Source of the DNA: an uncultured delta proteobacterium
GTDB taxonomy: Bacteria; Desulfobacterota; BSN033; UBA1163
Direction of reading: 5' to 3'
DNA length: 64,000 bases
NCBI GenBank assembly: GCA_963827685.1
Contig: CAWHBU010000002.1
Location: 800,001-864,000 of the forward strand
Part shown: piece after piece, positions 20,301-33,828 of the stretch
Position numbering within the stretch: the first letter of the stretch is position 1
How the letters are laid out: each line of letters begins with the position of its first letter
Translations under genes and position numbers: made by a program
Notes under the pieces: model-generated
What the model was told of the DNA's origin: nothing
Databases searched by the model: none
The model's input: only the letters and a program-made list of their open reading frames with translations

Positions 20301-20798
20301 GCGATAATCTTCGGCGGATTGTAAGGCTTTCTTCATCTCTCCCCGGCTGGCATGGGTGGCTATCTCTCCCTTCATACAACCACTCAGGGCAATCAATCCA
20401 TCGTTGTATTGGCTGAGAAGTTTCTTGTCAACCCTTGGCTTATAATAAAATCCTTCAAGATGGGCGAGGCTCACCAATTTCAGTAGATTGAAATAGCCAG
20501 TCTCATTCTTCACCAAGAGGGTGAGATGATAGTTCCCCTCCCCTCCTTCTCCCATTTTTTTCTCAAACCGGCTTCCTGGAGAAACATAAATCTCACATCC
20601 CACGATGGGTTTGATGCCATGTTTGATTGCCATTTGATAAAATTCGACAACGCCAAACATATTCCCGTGATCGGTCAGTGCCATAGCATCCATTCGATAT
20701 TTTTTCGCTAAATCGAAGGCCTCTTCAAATCGAATGGCCCCGTCCAACAAGCTATATTGGCTGTGGACATGGAGATGGATGAAATGAGAGGGTTGCAT
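17346..20798 (-). CDS. dnaE: DNA polymerase III alpha subunit
   Basis: PHP domain HLHVHSQYSLLDG, GRGSAAGSLVAY, MPDVDVDF, KFDFLGL and YGFNKSHS. Start placed at ATG 20798 (MQPSHF). Confidence 0.96.
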   Translation of the reverse strand: MQPSHFIHLHVHSQYSLLDGAIRFEEAFDLAKKYRMDAMALTDHGNMFGVVEFYQMAIKHGIKPIVGCEIYVSPGSRFEKKMGEGGEGNYHLTLLVKNETGYFNLLKLVSLAHLEGFYYKPRVDKKLLSQYNDGLIALSGCMKGEIATHASRGEMKKALQSAEDYRKIFNDRRFFVEIQNNGVENQLQVNERLLEIGHQLSLPVVATNDCHYLHRKDAKAQEVLLCIQTGKTLQDSDRMRFSSDEFYFKSPQEMADLFQNIPEAINHTVEITERCNLEMRFDEKHIPRIAVPAGETAESYLDKLAKEGLERRLSRHQGEKDFKDRCARYKARLEEELKIIKSMGYPGYFLIVYDFIHYAKSHKIPVGPGRGSAAGSLVAYALNITDLDPIEYDLIFERFLNPGRKNSMPDVDVDFCMEGRDEVIHYVSEKYGKENVAQIITFGKMQAKAVVRDVGRVLGIPYAEVDRIAKLIPNKLDITLDQALQQEPSLREAVAKDARIASLFEIAKSLEGLARHASTHAAGVVIANKPLTEYLPLQRGQNNEVMTQYAMKQVESIGLVKFDFLGLKTLTVVDQTIQLIEKDRSIKLELSEIPLDDSEVYALLGAGSNLGIFQLESSGMRDLLTKLKPQSFKDIIALVALYRPGPLDSGMVGEFIKRKHGQELIRYELPALEEILKDTYGVIVYQEQVMRIASALANFSLEDADNLRRAMSKKDALEMERQKEKFLEGAKKNRIPVKKAEKIFEQMETFGRYGFNKSHSTAYALLAYHTAYLKTHYPIEFMAALLTSEAQNADKIVKYISECREMKIEILPPDINESFKHFAVIGNQIRFGLTAVKNVGDAAIDIILSERKGDGKFKSLYDFCHRVDLRKVNRRVVESLIKCGAFDFSKAYRSQMLTALGEILEQSQSAQKKKGEPQLSMLIDHSGESKEDYADIDEFPENQLIAFEKETIGFYISRHPLSRYQEEIKKHTDLDTSTLSKLENGVEVKICGLVSGLKEIVTKKGDRMAFLTLEDMKGFVEVILFPEVFRAALPCLRGGDPLLVKGTLDLSEEHIKIKGTGVSSLSELTFAPGKPLHLKIPLSSLTSSQLAGLKEVVVANRGSSKVLLHFIAGNERETVVALSDRYTVDPTQHFKNHIQNLFKSSLISFE

Positions 20799-20855
20799 GG
20801 ATACCTGAATACCTTTTTCTATTAACGTTTCTAACGAATCTTGGGGATGCTTAAC

Positions 20856-20965
20856 AATGTCAAATGTCAAAGCTCAAATGTCAAGTCAAATCCAAAGCCC
20901 AAATATTAGAAATTCTTAATTGTGAACTTTGACATTCATTTGACATTTGAATTTTGAAATTTGGG
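20856..20965. repeat. Inverted pair of heptamer tandem arrays (TCAAATG-like)
   Basis: aatgtcaaatgtcaaagctcaaatgtcaagtcaaatccaaagcccaaat (20856-20904), then the complementary tttgacattcatttgacatttgaattttgaaatttggg (20928-20965). Confidence 0.7.
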
Positions 20966-20977
20966 TTTTCCCCCCAT

Positions 20978-22537
20978 TCATTCCCATTCGATCGTGCTGG
21001 GGGGCTTGGAGCTAATATCATAGACAACCCTGTTGACACCTTTCACCTCGTTAATAATACGATTGGAAAGACGTTCTAAGATTTTATAAGGCAGTCTGAC
21101 CCAATCCGCCGTCATCCCGTCCTGGCTCCCCACCACCCTTAAGGCTATCACGTTTTCATATGTCCTTTCGTCCCCCATCACGCCCACGGTCTTCACCGGA
21201 AGTAACACTGCAAAAGATTGCCAAATCCGATCCATAAAATGGTCTTTCCCCATCTCTGTCATGACAATCTCATCGGCTGCTCTTAAGATTTCTAACCTCT
21301 CCTTGTTCACTTCCCCGATAATCCGGATGGCAAGGCCTGGTCCTGGAAACGGTTGCCGTTTTATGATTTCATCGGGGAGTCCTAATACCTTCCCCAGTTG
21401 TCTGACTTCGTCTTTAAACAATTCTCGAAGAGGCTCTACTAACCTTAATTTCATCTTCTCGGGCAACCCCCCAACATTGTGGTGGCTCTTGATCATTGCC
21501 GAAGGGCCTCTTGAGGAAACGCTTTCGATCACATCGGGATACAGGGTTCCTTGGGCTAAGTATTCAACCCTTCCATTCTTTTTGGCTTCCCTTTCAAAGA
21601 TGGAAATAAATTTCTTTCCAATCCTTTTTCTTTTATCTTCTGGATCGATCACCCCATCCAATTCTTTCAGGAAGGCATTTTCTGCTTTGACGTAGATTAA
21701 CGGTATTCTAAAATGATGACGAAATAAATTCACTACCTGGGAGGCCTCATTTTTCCTCAATAAACCGTTATTCACAAAGATACATTGCAGACGATCACCG
21801 ATTGCTTCGTGGAGAAGAAGAGCCACCACCGTGGAATCAACCCCACCGCTTAGAGCGCATAGGACTTTACGCTTCCCAATTCTTTTTTTCAGGTCACGGC
21901 TGGTCTGTTTCAAAAAAGACTCCATCGTCCAAAGGTTGGAACATCCACAAACATGAAAAAGAAAGTTTTTAATGAGTTCCAGTCCCCTCTGGGTATGAAC
22001 CACCTCGGGATGGAACTGGAGCCCATAAATTCTTCTTTGAGTTTCTTCAATCGCTGCAAAAGGGGTATTCTTCGAATGGGCGATGGCATGGAATCCTGGA
22101 GGCAATATCTTGACCTGATCCCCATGGCTCATCCAAACCACCAGTTGGCCCCCTCTTCTTCCCAAGCCCTTGAATAGTTTTCCATCCCGTTCCAGAGTCA
22201 ACCTGGCTTTTCCGTACTCCCTTTTTTCCGAATGGGTGACCTCTCCTCCCAATAATTGTGCGATCAATTGCATGCCATAACAAATGCCTAAAACCGGGAT
22301 GCCCGACTTGAGGACGGCGGGATCGCAGAAGGGGGCATTCTTCTGATAGACACTTGCTGGCCCTCCAGATAAGATGATCCCCTTGGGGGATAAGGATTTC
22401 ACCCTGTTCATGGGAATGTCATAGGGATGAATTTCACTATAAATCTGGCACTCCCTCACCCTTCGGGCGATCAGTTGGGTATACTGGGAGCCGAAATCGA
22501 GGATGAGAATCTTATCAAAAAAAGCCTGCCTCTTCAT
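20978..22537 (-). CDS. guaA: GMP synthase (glutamine-hydrolysing)
   Basis: [45 protein letters not shown] and KPPSTIEWE. Confidence 0.97.
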   Translation of the reverse strand: MKRQAFFDKILILDFGSQYTQLIARRVRECQIYSEIHPYDIPMNRVKSLSPKGIILSGGPASVYQKNAPFCDPAVLKSGIPVLGICYGMQLIAQLLGGEVTHSEKREYGKARLTLERDGKLFKGLGRRGGQLVVWMSHGDQVKILPPGFHAIAHSKNTPFAAIEETQRRIYGLQFHPEVVHTQRGLELIKNFLFHVCGCSNLWTMESFLKQTSRDLKKRIGKRKVLCALSGGVDSTVVALLLHEAIGDRLQCIFVNNGLLRKNEASQVVNLFRHHFRIPLIYVKAENAFLKELDGVIDPEDKRKRIGKKFISIFEREAKKNGRVEYLAQGTLYPDVIESVSSRGPSAMIKSHHNVGGLPEKMKLRLVEPLRELFKDEVRQLGKVLGLPDEIIKRQPFPGPGLAIRIIGEVNKERLEILRAADEIVMTEMGKDHFMDRIWQSFAVLLPVKTVGVMGDERTYENVIALRVVGSQDGMTADWVRLPYKILERLSNRIINEVKGVNRVVYDISSKPPSTIEWE

Positions 22538-22596
22538 TTTTTCTATATCCGGATCAGAGAATGCCGAGGGAGAAGATAAACGGAATGGATATACTT

Positions 22597-23709
22597 TCAG
22601 TGCTTCAAGAAATATTTTTCGTCCTTTAATTCGTATTGATAGGAGACCCCTTTCCGATAAAAAAGGTCACTTTTCTTCAAAAGTTTTGCTGAAATCAATT
22701 CTTCAAGGCGCGAAGGATAGTAACCCTTTTCTAAATAATAGATTTCTAATGCATTCTTGATTCGATCGAGTTGTGTCTTGTGGACCAAATGCATGGGGAT
22801 CTCAATATCCACTCGATCTATCTTTGACTCCCACAAATGCTGTAAAAAACTGGGTTTGAAATAGATCAGAACGAGAAAGATAAAAACTAAAAAGGCACCA
22901 TAGTAGACATAGGTCAACGCTGCCCTGAAATTGAACATGCTTACCTTCTTGATCAGACTGGGAGTTCGAACCCCCGCCATTTCGATCAGCCCCATTTCCG
23001 AGAGGTCTACCAAAATTTCACTGGCATTGAATTTTCCCAAAAGGCTTCGATCAATAATGTCCTGAACCGTTTTGGTCCCATCTACTAAGTTGTAAACCAA
23101 TTCCTGCTCAGAGGTTAGCTTCTCTTTTAGGTAACTTTGAGAAGGGAGTCCACTGATAGACCTCTCTTCAAGCCTAAGAACCCTTTTGAATACCAGATGG
23201 GGTGAGAAAATCTTCTTCTCAATCTCGGACCACTCATCCACCATCCGCAGGATATTCAATAACACCTGCTCCGTGCTCAGGGCAAAGGGGATTTTCTTAT
23301 AACTTTCCACCAATTTTAGATCAAAGTTGAAGTGGCCATCCTCCCACCAAAAAAGGTCGTAAATCGTTTCATAGATCTGCGTTGAAATCACCTTGAGCAC
23401 ATCGTCCTTAGTCAGGAGTTGGAGCTCCACCAGAATCTCTCCTAAGTATTTGAGCGTATCTTTTTGAATTTTCAAAACCCGCTCCAACTGTTCTTCAGAG
23501 ATCAGTTCGGCCTTCACCAATATCTCACCGATGAGATCCTTCTTCCCACGATAATTCGAATAGACGTGAACAATCATCCCATCCACAAAATGGATCTCCA
23601 CGAGATCTTTCCCCCGCCGAATTCTTAGGATGCCCGTTTTGAGTTGCTGGCCGATCAGCTGAATGATCTCGGTAATGCTGAAGTCTTTTAAAGTTCCCTG
23701 CAGGGCCAT
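22597..23709 (-). CDS. DUF4388-domain membrane protein
   Basis: N-terminal [19 protein letters not shown]...KTG is typical of DUF4388; also IGEILV/LGEILV repeats, one TM helix, and a pilin-like C-terminal [19 protein letters not shown] segment. Confidence 0.7.
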   Translation of the reverse strand: MALQGTLKDFSITEIIQLIGQQLKTGILRIRRGKDLVEIHFVDGMIVHVYSNYRGKKDLIGEILVKAELISEEQLERVLKIQKDTLKYLGEILVELQLLTKDDVLKVISTQIYETIYDLFWWEDGHFNFDLKLVESYKKIPFALSTEQVLLNILRMVDEWSEIEKKIFSPHLVFKRVLRLEERSISGLPSQSYLKEKLTSEQELVYNLVDGTKTVQDIIDRSLLGKFNASEILVDLSEMGLIEMAGVRTPSLIKKVSMFNFRAALTYVYYGAFLVFIFLVLIYFKPSFLQHLWESKIDRVDIEIPMHLVHKTQLDRIKNALEIYYLEKGYYPSRLEELISAKLLKKSDLFYRKGVSYQYELKDEKYFLKH

Positions 23710-23755
23710 GGCCTTCCTCTTTTAGTTTTCATTCGCTCGTGAAACAGGATTCTCA

Positions 23756-25709
23756 TCATCGCATAGATGGTTTCTTACTACTGGAGAAAGTCTTCGTATG
23801 GCCTCCCGATCGCTCACCTTCCATATCGAAATTTGATTCAAGCCGATGGAGCTGTCGAACGGAGAAGATATAGAACATCGCAAACAGCCCTCCCCAGAGA
23901 ATCCATCTCCAGACATTGGAGGACAGTTGAGGGAGAGAAGAAGGGATCACTCCATTCCAATAGACAAATCTTAAAATGAAAATAAAAAAGACAAAGAGGA
24001 AAAAGAGCCCTCTGAGGATTTGCTCCCTCCATAGGTTACCGAACCCGACCAAAAAGAAGGAAAGACATCTGCTAATCAAATGATTCTGTTTTTGAAATTG
24101 GCGAACTTGAAAAGATTTCTTCTCGACAATCTTGGGGTGAAGCTTTTCCTTCTGGATGAAAATACGATAGCAATTGAAACAAATAAATTCCTGGTCGGAA
24201 GTCCCTAAATAGAACCGGTAGGTCGGACTGCCGCACATAGGGCATCGGGTCAAAAACCGTTTCGCCCGGCAATATCTGGCCATGCCTATTAAGAACCCCA
24301 AGAATAAGATGGGCGTCAAAAAGGGAACTCTCGACGGAATTCTTTCGAACCAAGCCTTAAAAAGGCGGAACAAAAATCCTTCTTTTCCAATGAACTGATC
24401 CAGAAACCTCTTCCAGAGCATGTGGGGCGTTAGGACCTCGTCGATCACCAGTCGATTGAGGTTGGGGGAATCGATCGTCATGTAGTATCTTACGAGCAGG
24501 GGGTCTAACTGTTGTGCTTTTTGTAAGGCTCGATCAACTTTTCCGGAAAGGAAGGACTCTTGAGAATAGGCCCGATGAAGGTTGTAGTAATAAGCTCCTT
24601 GATTGGGATTCAAATCAGTGGCTTGTTGATAAAAACCGATGGCCAAGGCAGTCTGTTTTTGAGCCAGGTAGACATTTCCCAGATTGGAAAAGGCTTCGCT
24701 GAATTTGGGATCCAGCTGAATCGCCCTTCGGTAAAATTCTTCCGCCTCGGGATAGTGGCCTTGCCTCTTTTCTGCCAATCCGAGAGAGAAAGCAACTTCG
24801 GGGTCATTGGGATGGGTCACTAACCAGGCCCGCATTTTTTCTTCTGTTGCCTTTCCCCAGTCTTCATGATTCGTCTGATTCATTTCCAAAATGATATCGG
24901 ATGCCCCCCCGTCTACAAAAGAAGAGAAGGAACGAAGGAAAAAGGGAAAGTAGACTAAAACGATGAGAAAGACGAGAATGAATTGTTTTTCCCTTTTCGT
25001 TACATACCCCCACAATAAAACGGACCAAAAGAAAAGAGCCCAGAGCATGTCCAAACGCAGGAAGAAGGGAATGAAGAAAATAAAAATCTTGAGGCTGTTG
25101 ATGAGAAGCCCTGAAATCTCTTGGGTCACATTTTTTCGGATGTCATAGAAAAAGAGAGGGAAATATTTAATCATGAGGACGATGCTGAAAATAATAAACG
25201 TCATGAGGATGGCATTGGAGAGAATATAGAACACGTTATAAAAAAGCTTAAGGGAAGTGGGATAATATTGAAATTGTACGGCCGCTCCTTTGAACACCTC
25301 AGGAAGGATTTTATGGAGCTGAAGAAAGTTTTGATGCCAGAGGGGCTCGTGCCAATTCAAAATAGGGCTGTGGCAGATCGGGCGAAAATGTTATAGAGTA
25401 AAGCGCCATCTGGATGGCTTGATCAGCGTCCCCCTTCCGTCTCGCCTGCTCGGATTCTCGCATCAGTAGGAGAGAAAGGATCGGAACGTTTCGAATCCCT
25501 TTGTCCAATTTCAATTGGTAGAGTTGATCCAGCTCTTGCTGGCTCAGAGAGGTACTTTTTTTAAGATCCCATACTCGATCGGTCGAAGATGGACTCTCAA
25601 CAGAAAAGAATTCTTTAGAGAAAGGGAGAGTTTCCTTTCTCGTGAGCACCCCCATGTAATAAAGCAGAGAAAGAATTAGAATGATCGATATCAAAATGGC
25701 TTTCTTCAT
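23756..25709 (-). CDS. Multi-pass membrane TPR protein with CxxC...CxxC motif (1-nt frameshift at ~25342-25345)
   Basis: ORFs 25311..25709 and 23756..25360 join as ...YFELARALWHQNFLQ... if one C is removed. TPRs (AEEFYRRAIQLDPKFSEAFSNLGNVY) and CPMC...CFNC. Confidence 0.7.
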
Positions 25710-25736
25710 GAAACAATCATTCTCACGAGAGCCGGC

Positions 25737-28926
<3,190 letters not shown>

Positions 28927-28949
28927 TTATTCCTCCTTAATTTCTTTCA

Positions 28950-28978
28950 ATATTAATATGCCGCGCCAACGAAGTCAA
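28950..28978 (-). promoter_or_regulatory. Sigma-70-type promoter of hflX
   Basis: Minus strand TTGACT (28978-28973), 17-bp spacer, TAATAT (28955-28950), just upstream of the SD at 28932-28938. Confidence 0.55.
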
Positions 28979-28984
28979 GTATTT

Positions 28985-30040
28985 CTATTCATTAAGAAAT
29001 TCAACTCTCCCGGGTCTTCCTATTTCTCCCCGCCTTTGAACCTTCACCTCCAAGAAATGACCAATAGCCCACACACTTGTGAGAAGATGTTCTGTTATTT
29101 GGCTGGTGGTAAAGGAAGAGTTACCTTTCGCCATAGCTACGAAAGGGATAAGTTGGTCTGCTAAGTGAGGGTCAATACAACCATCCGATTCCATATAATT
29201 TTTCAATGAATCCACGGCTTCATCGGCCACTTTCTCGGCAGGTTTTCCTCTTGCACCTAAAGACGAAAATCCTGCGAATGTCTTTTCATATTCAGCTAAC
29301 AAGAACAGGAAAGAACCTGGTCCATTCGAAGGAACATCCTGCAGGATGGTAATCTCACCATCGATCTTCAGGTCCCTCCGAATCCTCTCAAAGGCTTGCT
29401 GCTTTTGTCTCTCTGTCACATGTTTAGGAAGGTTGGAGGAAGCAGAAATTCCGCGAATCTTTTTCAGTGAGCCCCGGTCAACCAAGGAAATTGGCTTAAG
29501 TCCGTGAACGGGATTGATTTCCAATTCAATCTTGCCTCCTCCTTTTGGATAGAACCCCCACTTTTCAATGGCGGCGTTGGCGGATACTCCCATCCATTGG
29601 AGAATGGGCAATAGAACCTCAGAGAGATAATGAAAAGATGGACTCCAAGGGACATGGGTACCACCGACCAAGGTCAACCTTGACTTTTCATTGGCCAAAC
29701 AAAGAGGAAGAAAAAGGGCTTGAAGGAGGAGTGAGACTGATCCCGCTGTCCTCACTTCGAATTGATAATCTCCCGGTAGAATCTTTTGGGGAATGAAAGT
29801 AATTTTCTGTGACCCAAATCTAACCCCTTCTGTCTGAGCTTCTGTAATTCTAGACAACGCTTCTACGGCTACCAAATGCTGGGCTTGAAGACCGGGGTTC
29901 TTTCGCTTTGATCGAATGTGGTGGATGGTGAAGGGTTTCTTCAGAATAGCTGAGAGGGCAAGAGCCGTCCTTAATATCTGCCCTCCCCCTTCCCCATAAG
30001 ACCCATCAATTTCAACAGGCTTTCCTTCTGCAACAACCAT
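28985..30040 (-). CDS. rtcA: RNA 3'-terminal phosphate cyclase
   Basis: IDGSYGEGGGQILRTAL, PGLQAQHL, GGTHVPWSP, GFYPKGGG, HLADQL and TEHLLT (catalytic His). Confidence 0.93.
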   Translation of the reverse strand: MVVAEGKPVEIDGSYGEGGGQILRTALALSAILKKPFTIHHIRSKRKNPGLQAQHLVAVEALSRITEAQTEGVRFGSQKITFIPQKILPGDYQFEVRTAGSVSLLLQALFLPLCLANEKSRLTLVGGTHVPWSPSFHYLSEVLLPILQWMGVSANAAIEKWGFYPKGGGKIELEINPVHGLKPISLVDRGSLKKIRGISASSNLPKHVTERQKQQAFERIRRDLKIDGEITILQDVPSNGPGSFLFLLAEYEKTFAGFSSLGARGKPAEKVADEAVDSLKNYMESDGCIDPHLADQLIPFVAMAKGNSSFTTSQITEHLLTSVWAIGHFLEVKVQRRGEIGRPGRVEFLNE

Positions 30041-30146
30041 TTCTAATAACTTATTAAAAAGGTCATCCAATGTCAATTCAATTTGACGCCAGCGAGAAAA
30101 GGAGTTACATCCGATCCATTTCATGTTAATCTATTAGAAAATATTT

Positions 30147-30920
30147 TTGATGGAGTATAGCGTTTTGGCTGAATTGATCATCATAGGCTCGGGAACTGGA
30201 ATTCCCTCTTTAAAGAGAGGTTCTCCAGGTCTTGTCGTCCTCTCGGATAGCTCGACCTTATTGATCGATAGTGGGCCTGGAGCCTTGAGGAAGATGCTGG
30301 AGGTTGGGATAACCTACCAGGATATTGACGTTCTCCTCTATACCCACATTCACCCAGACCATGTTTCTGACCTCGTTCACGTTCTCTTTGTATGTAAATA
30401 TGCAGATCTTCCGCGGGAAAAAGAACTATTGTGCATTGGAGGGCCTGGATTTAAATCTTATTTTGAGAGATTGAAGAACCTTTATGGCTCCTGGATTGAA
30501 CCCCTATCTTACCGATTGACCATCAAAGAGATCTCTCAAGAACCCCTTCTCTATCGGGACATGAGAATCATTTCAAAACCCATGGCCCACATTTCTGAAA
30601 GCGTTGGCTATCGGATCAAGTTTAACGATGGCAAATCGATGGCCATTTCTGGGGACACGGATTATTGTCAAAATATTATTGATCTGGCCTCTGAAGTGGA
30701 CCTCCTTGTTCTCGAGTGTTCTTTCCCTGATGGGAAGAAAGTAGAAGGCCACCTCACCCCTTCGTTGGCTGGAAGAATTGCAATAGAATCGCGCTGTAAA
30801 AAAGTTCTTCTCACCCATCTCTATCCAGTTTGTGACCAATTTGATATCGTGAAGCAATGTAAGCAAGTTTATCGAGGTCAAGTCATTTTGGGAGAGGACC
30901 TTTTGAGGATTCAGATTTAG
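30147..30920 (+). CDS. Metallo-beta-lactamase fold hydrolase, RNase Z/RNase BN-like
   Basis: IGSGTGIP, LIDSGPG, THIHPDH, ISGDT, LECSF, GHLT and LTHLYP. Start may be TTG 30165. Confidence 0.8.
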   Translation: MMEYSVLAELIIIGSGTGIPSLKRGSPGLVVLSDSSTLLIDSGPGALRKMLEVGITYQDIDVLLYTHIHPDHVSDLVHVLFVCKYADLPREKELLCIGGPGFKSYFERLKNLYGSWIEPLSYRLTIKEISQEPLLYRDMRIISKPMAHISESVGYRIKFNDGKSMAISGDTDYCQNIIDLASEVDLLVLECSFPDGKKVEGHLTPSLAGRIAIESRCKKVLLTHLYPVCDQFDIVKQCKQVYRGQVILGEDLLRIQI

Positions 30921-30985
30921 ACTTTTTGGAATGATTTGACAATCCCTCTCTTTTGTGGGATACTGATATTTTGGGAGGAGAAATC

Positions 30986-32281
30986 TTGAAAAGATACAAG
31001 CTCTTATTGATTCTTTCCATCTTTTTCATGTTTGCGTTTGCTGCTGCAATTCCAAGCCAAGAGAAGGCACCAGTCTTTACCATCGAGGTAGATGGAATTA
31101 TAAACCCCGCCACTGCAAAGTTTATTACGGATTCGATCGATCAAGCCACTAAAGAAGGTGCCCAATGTTTGATTATTCAGCTCGATACCCCTGGAGGGTT
31201 GCTGGAGTCGACAAGGATGATCGTTAAAAAGATGCTTACCTCTAATATCCCGATCATTGTATATGTGTCTCCCAGCGGCGCAAGGGCGGCTTCTGCTGGC
31301 GTATTTGTCACCATGGCTGCACACATCGCCGTGATGGCTCCTGGCACTCACATCGGAGCAGCCCATCCCGTCACATTGGGAGGAGAAGGAAAAGAAAACA
31401 AAACGATGACGGAAAAAATCGTCAACGACACGGCTGCCTTCGTTAAGAATATTGCCAAGACCCGAGGGAGAAATGCGGATTGGGCTGAAAAGGCGGTAGT
31501 GAAAAGTGTCTCCATCACTGAGGATGAGGCGGTCAAACTTAATGTCATCGATTTTATTAGCCCTGATCTTCAGAACCTTCTCGCCAGTCTTGACGGTAAG
31601 ATTGTAAAATTCGATGGCGGCACCCGAACCCTTCAAACGAAGGGAATTCAACCCAAACCAATTCAGATGAGCTGGCGCGAAAAACTTCTGGATGTCATTT
31701 CTAATCCTCAGATTGCCTACTACCTTCTCATGTTAGGGGGGATGGGAATCTTTTTCGAATTATCAAATCCTGGAGTCATTCTTCCTGGGGTAGTTGGGGG
31801 AATTTTCCTTATCCTCGCTTTCTACGCATTGCAGGTGCTTCCGGTCAATTATGCCGGCTTGGCGCTGATCCTATTCGCCATCATCCTATTCATTGCCGAA
31901 ATCAAAGTGGTCAGTCATGGATTGTTAGCGGTGGGTGGCGTTATCTCCCTTTTCTTAGGTTCACTGATGTTATTTCAAAGTCCAGCTGAATATATGAGAC
32001 TCTCTTTGAGTGTCATTATCCCCGCTGTTCTGGTTACATCAGCCTTCTTTATTTTTGCAGCAACCATGGCCATCCGGGCGCGCCTGAGAAAACCGACGAC
32101 GGGGATGGAAGGCCTTATAGAAGAAGTAGGGATTGCTTCGACACCTATTGCTCCGGAAGGAAAAGTCTCCATTCATGGAGAGTTCTGGAATGTCGTCAGT
32201 GACCAAAATATCGAAAAAGGAGATAAGATTCAAGTCATCGGGGTAGTGAATCTGAAATTAAAAGTCAAAAAAATTGAATAA
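30986..32281 (+). CDS. nfeD: NfeD-family membrane-bound serine protease (long form)
   Basis: LDTPGG, RAASAG, GAAHPV, multi-TM region and C-terminal OB fold (HGEFW). Upstream of a stomatin gene. TTG start after GGAGG. Confidence 0.88.
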   Translation: MKRYKLLLILSIFFMFAFAAAIPSQEKAPVFTIEVDGIINPATAKFITDSIDQATKEGAQCLIIQLDTPGGLLESTRMIVKKMLTSNIPIIVYVSPSGARAASAGVFVTMAAHIAVMAPGTHIGAAHPVTLGGEGKENKTMTEKIVNDTAAFVKNIAKTRGRNADWAEKAVVKSVSITEDEAVKLNVIDFISPDLQNLLASLDGKIVKFDGGTRTLQTKGIQPKPIQMSWREKLLDVISNPQIAYYLLMLGGMGIFFELSNPGVILPGVVGGIFLILAFYALQVLPVNYAGLALILFAIILFIAEIKVVSHGLLAVGGVISLFLGSLMLFQSPAEYMRLSLSVIIPAVLVTSAFFIFAATMAIRARLRKPTTGMEGLIEEVGIASTPIAPEGKVSIHGEFWNVVSDQNIEKGDKIQVIGVVNLKLKVKKIE

Positions 32282-32293
32282 GGAGGGAATCAT

Positions 32294-33049
32294 ATGGGCA
32301 TGACAGGTCTTCCATCAGGTTTCTTTTTTCTTTTTGTCTTCATATTGATCTTAGCTGCTTCAGCCATCAAGATTCTGAGGGAATACGAACGAGGGGTTAT
32401 CTTCCGTTTGGGAAGGCTGATCGGCGCCAAGGGGCCGGGTATTATCTTCATCATTCCCGGAGTTGACAAGCTTCTGAGGATTAGTCTGAGATTGGTCACG
32501 TTGGACATCCCGCCCCAGGATGTTATCACCCGTGACAATATCTCCATTAAAGTGAATGCCGTCGTCTATTTTCGCGTCCTGGATCCAAATAAGGCGGTCG
32601 TCGAAGTGGAGAATTATCTTTATGCCACCTCTCAATTGGCTCAAACCACACTTCGAAGCGTCGTGGGGCAGGCGGATTTGGATGAATTGCTCTCCCAGAG
32701 AGACAAAATCAACTTGAAACTCCAAGATATCTTAGATAAACACACAGAACCATGGGGAATCAAGGTCTCTCTGGTGGAAACCAAACAGGTAGATCTGCCG
32801 GAGAATATGCAGAGGGCCATTGCAAAACAGGCAGAAGCAGAAAGGGAGAAGAGAGCCAAAATCATCCATGCCGAGGGTGAATTCCAGGCTGCAGAAAAAT
32901 TGACTCAGGCTGCCAATGTGATCAGTGTCAATCCTACGGCTCTCCAGCTAAGGTTCCTTCAGACCTTAGCGGAAATCGCCACTGAGAAGAACTCAACCAC
33001 CATCTTCCCCGTGCCGATTGATATCATCAGCCCTTTTCTGAAGAAGTAG
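32294..33049 (+). CDS. Stomatin/slipin (SPFH domain) protein
   Basis: [42 protein letters not shown] and LQLRFLQTL. Confidence 0.92.
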   Translation: MGMTGLPSGFFFLFVFILILAASAIKILREYERGVIFRLGRLIGAKGPGIIFIIPGVDKLLRISLRLVTLDIPPQDVITRDNISIKVNAVVYFRVLDPNKAVVEVENYLYATSQLAQTTLRSVVGQADLDELLSQRDKINLKLQDILDKHTEPWGIKVSLVETKQVDLPENMQRAIAKQAEAEREKRAKIIHAEGEFQAAEKLTQAANVISVNPTALQLRFLQTLAEIATEKNSTTIFPVPIDIISPFLKK

Positions 33050-33096
33050 TAAGATCACTTCCAGAAGATACTTTGATGTTTAATTGAATTCCGTCG

Positions 33097-33134
33097 ACCC
33101 CTTTTCATCAATGGTTCAGAAAAGGGGTTTTTTT
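33097..33134 (+). terminator. Intrinsic terminator between convergent genes
   Basis: ACCCCTTTTC...GAAAAGGGGT stem followed by a T run. Confidence 0.6.
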
Positions 33135-33813
33135 ATTTCTTATACCCCACCGGCATAATCAATATGGGTTCGTGTTTGGGAGGTAGACCTGCCACTTTTG
33201 AAACCTCCGAGTCATTAAATGCACCCACGATCCCAGCCCCCAATCCGAGGGCTTCTGCCTGGAGAAATAAATTCTGACCCACATGTCCTGCTTCGATGAG
33301 CGCATACCGGACCCCTCTTTCCCCATATTTCCCGGTGATCCTTTTATATTCAGACGTAATGATATAGGTGACGGGTGCCTTAGCCATCCACATCTGTCCC
33401 AAAGAAGCGGATGCAATCTCCTTTCGCCGATCTCCTTTCGAAATCGGTGAGATGGAATGCTCTTTGGGTAAATAGTGATAAACGCCTGCCTCCATCTTTT
33501 CAACTCCATTCTCTCCGATGAGCACGTAAATATCCAAAGGGTACAATGCGCCTCCAGAAGGCGCAGCTCTCCCGCCTATTGTCGGATCCGTGATTCCCTG
33601 TGTAGCCCATAAGAGTTGCGAAAGATGAGCCAGGGAGAGAGTTCTCTGTTTAAAATCCCGAATGGTTCGCCTCTCCTTGATGGCCTTCTCCACAGAAACC
33701 CTCCCATCAAAAGAAGGCCTGGGGAGCGAGATAGAAGCATGTCCGATTCTTACCTCTAATAGACTTATTACAAAAAAGAAGGGTATAAACAGGCAAATCC
33801 ATTTCTCTAACAT
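33133..33813 (-). CDS. SagB/ThcOx-family nitroreductase-like protein
   Basis: RRTIRDF, LSQLLWATQG, RAAPSGGALYP, KYGERG.RY and EAGHVGQNLFLQA; hydrophobic N-terminus. Confidence 0.85.
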   Translation of the reverse strand: MLEKWICLFIPFFFVISLLEVRIGHASISLPRPSFDGRVSVEKAIKERRTIRDFKQRTLSLAHLSQLLWATQGITDPTIGGRAAPSGGALYPLDIYVLIGENGVEKMEAGVYHYLPKEHSISPISKGDRRKEIASASLGQMWMAKAPVTYIITSEYKRITGKYGERGVRYALIEAGHVGQNLFLQAEALGLGAGIVGAFNDSEVSKVAGLPPKHEPILIMPVGYKK

Positions 33814-33828
33814 TTTTTCCTCCCTTGT

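Noticed and set aside
20799-20870. N-terminal extension of DnaE (MTFDIVKH...)
   Set aside because: It begins inside the heptamer repeat; the conserved PHP domain starts right after ATG 20798.
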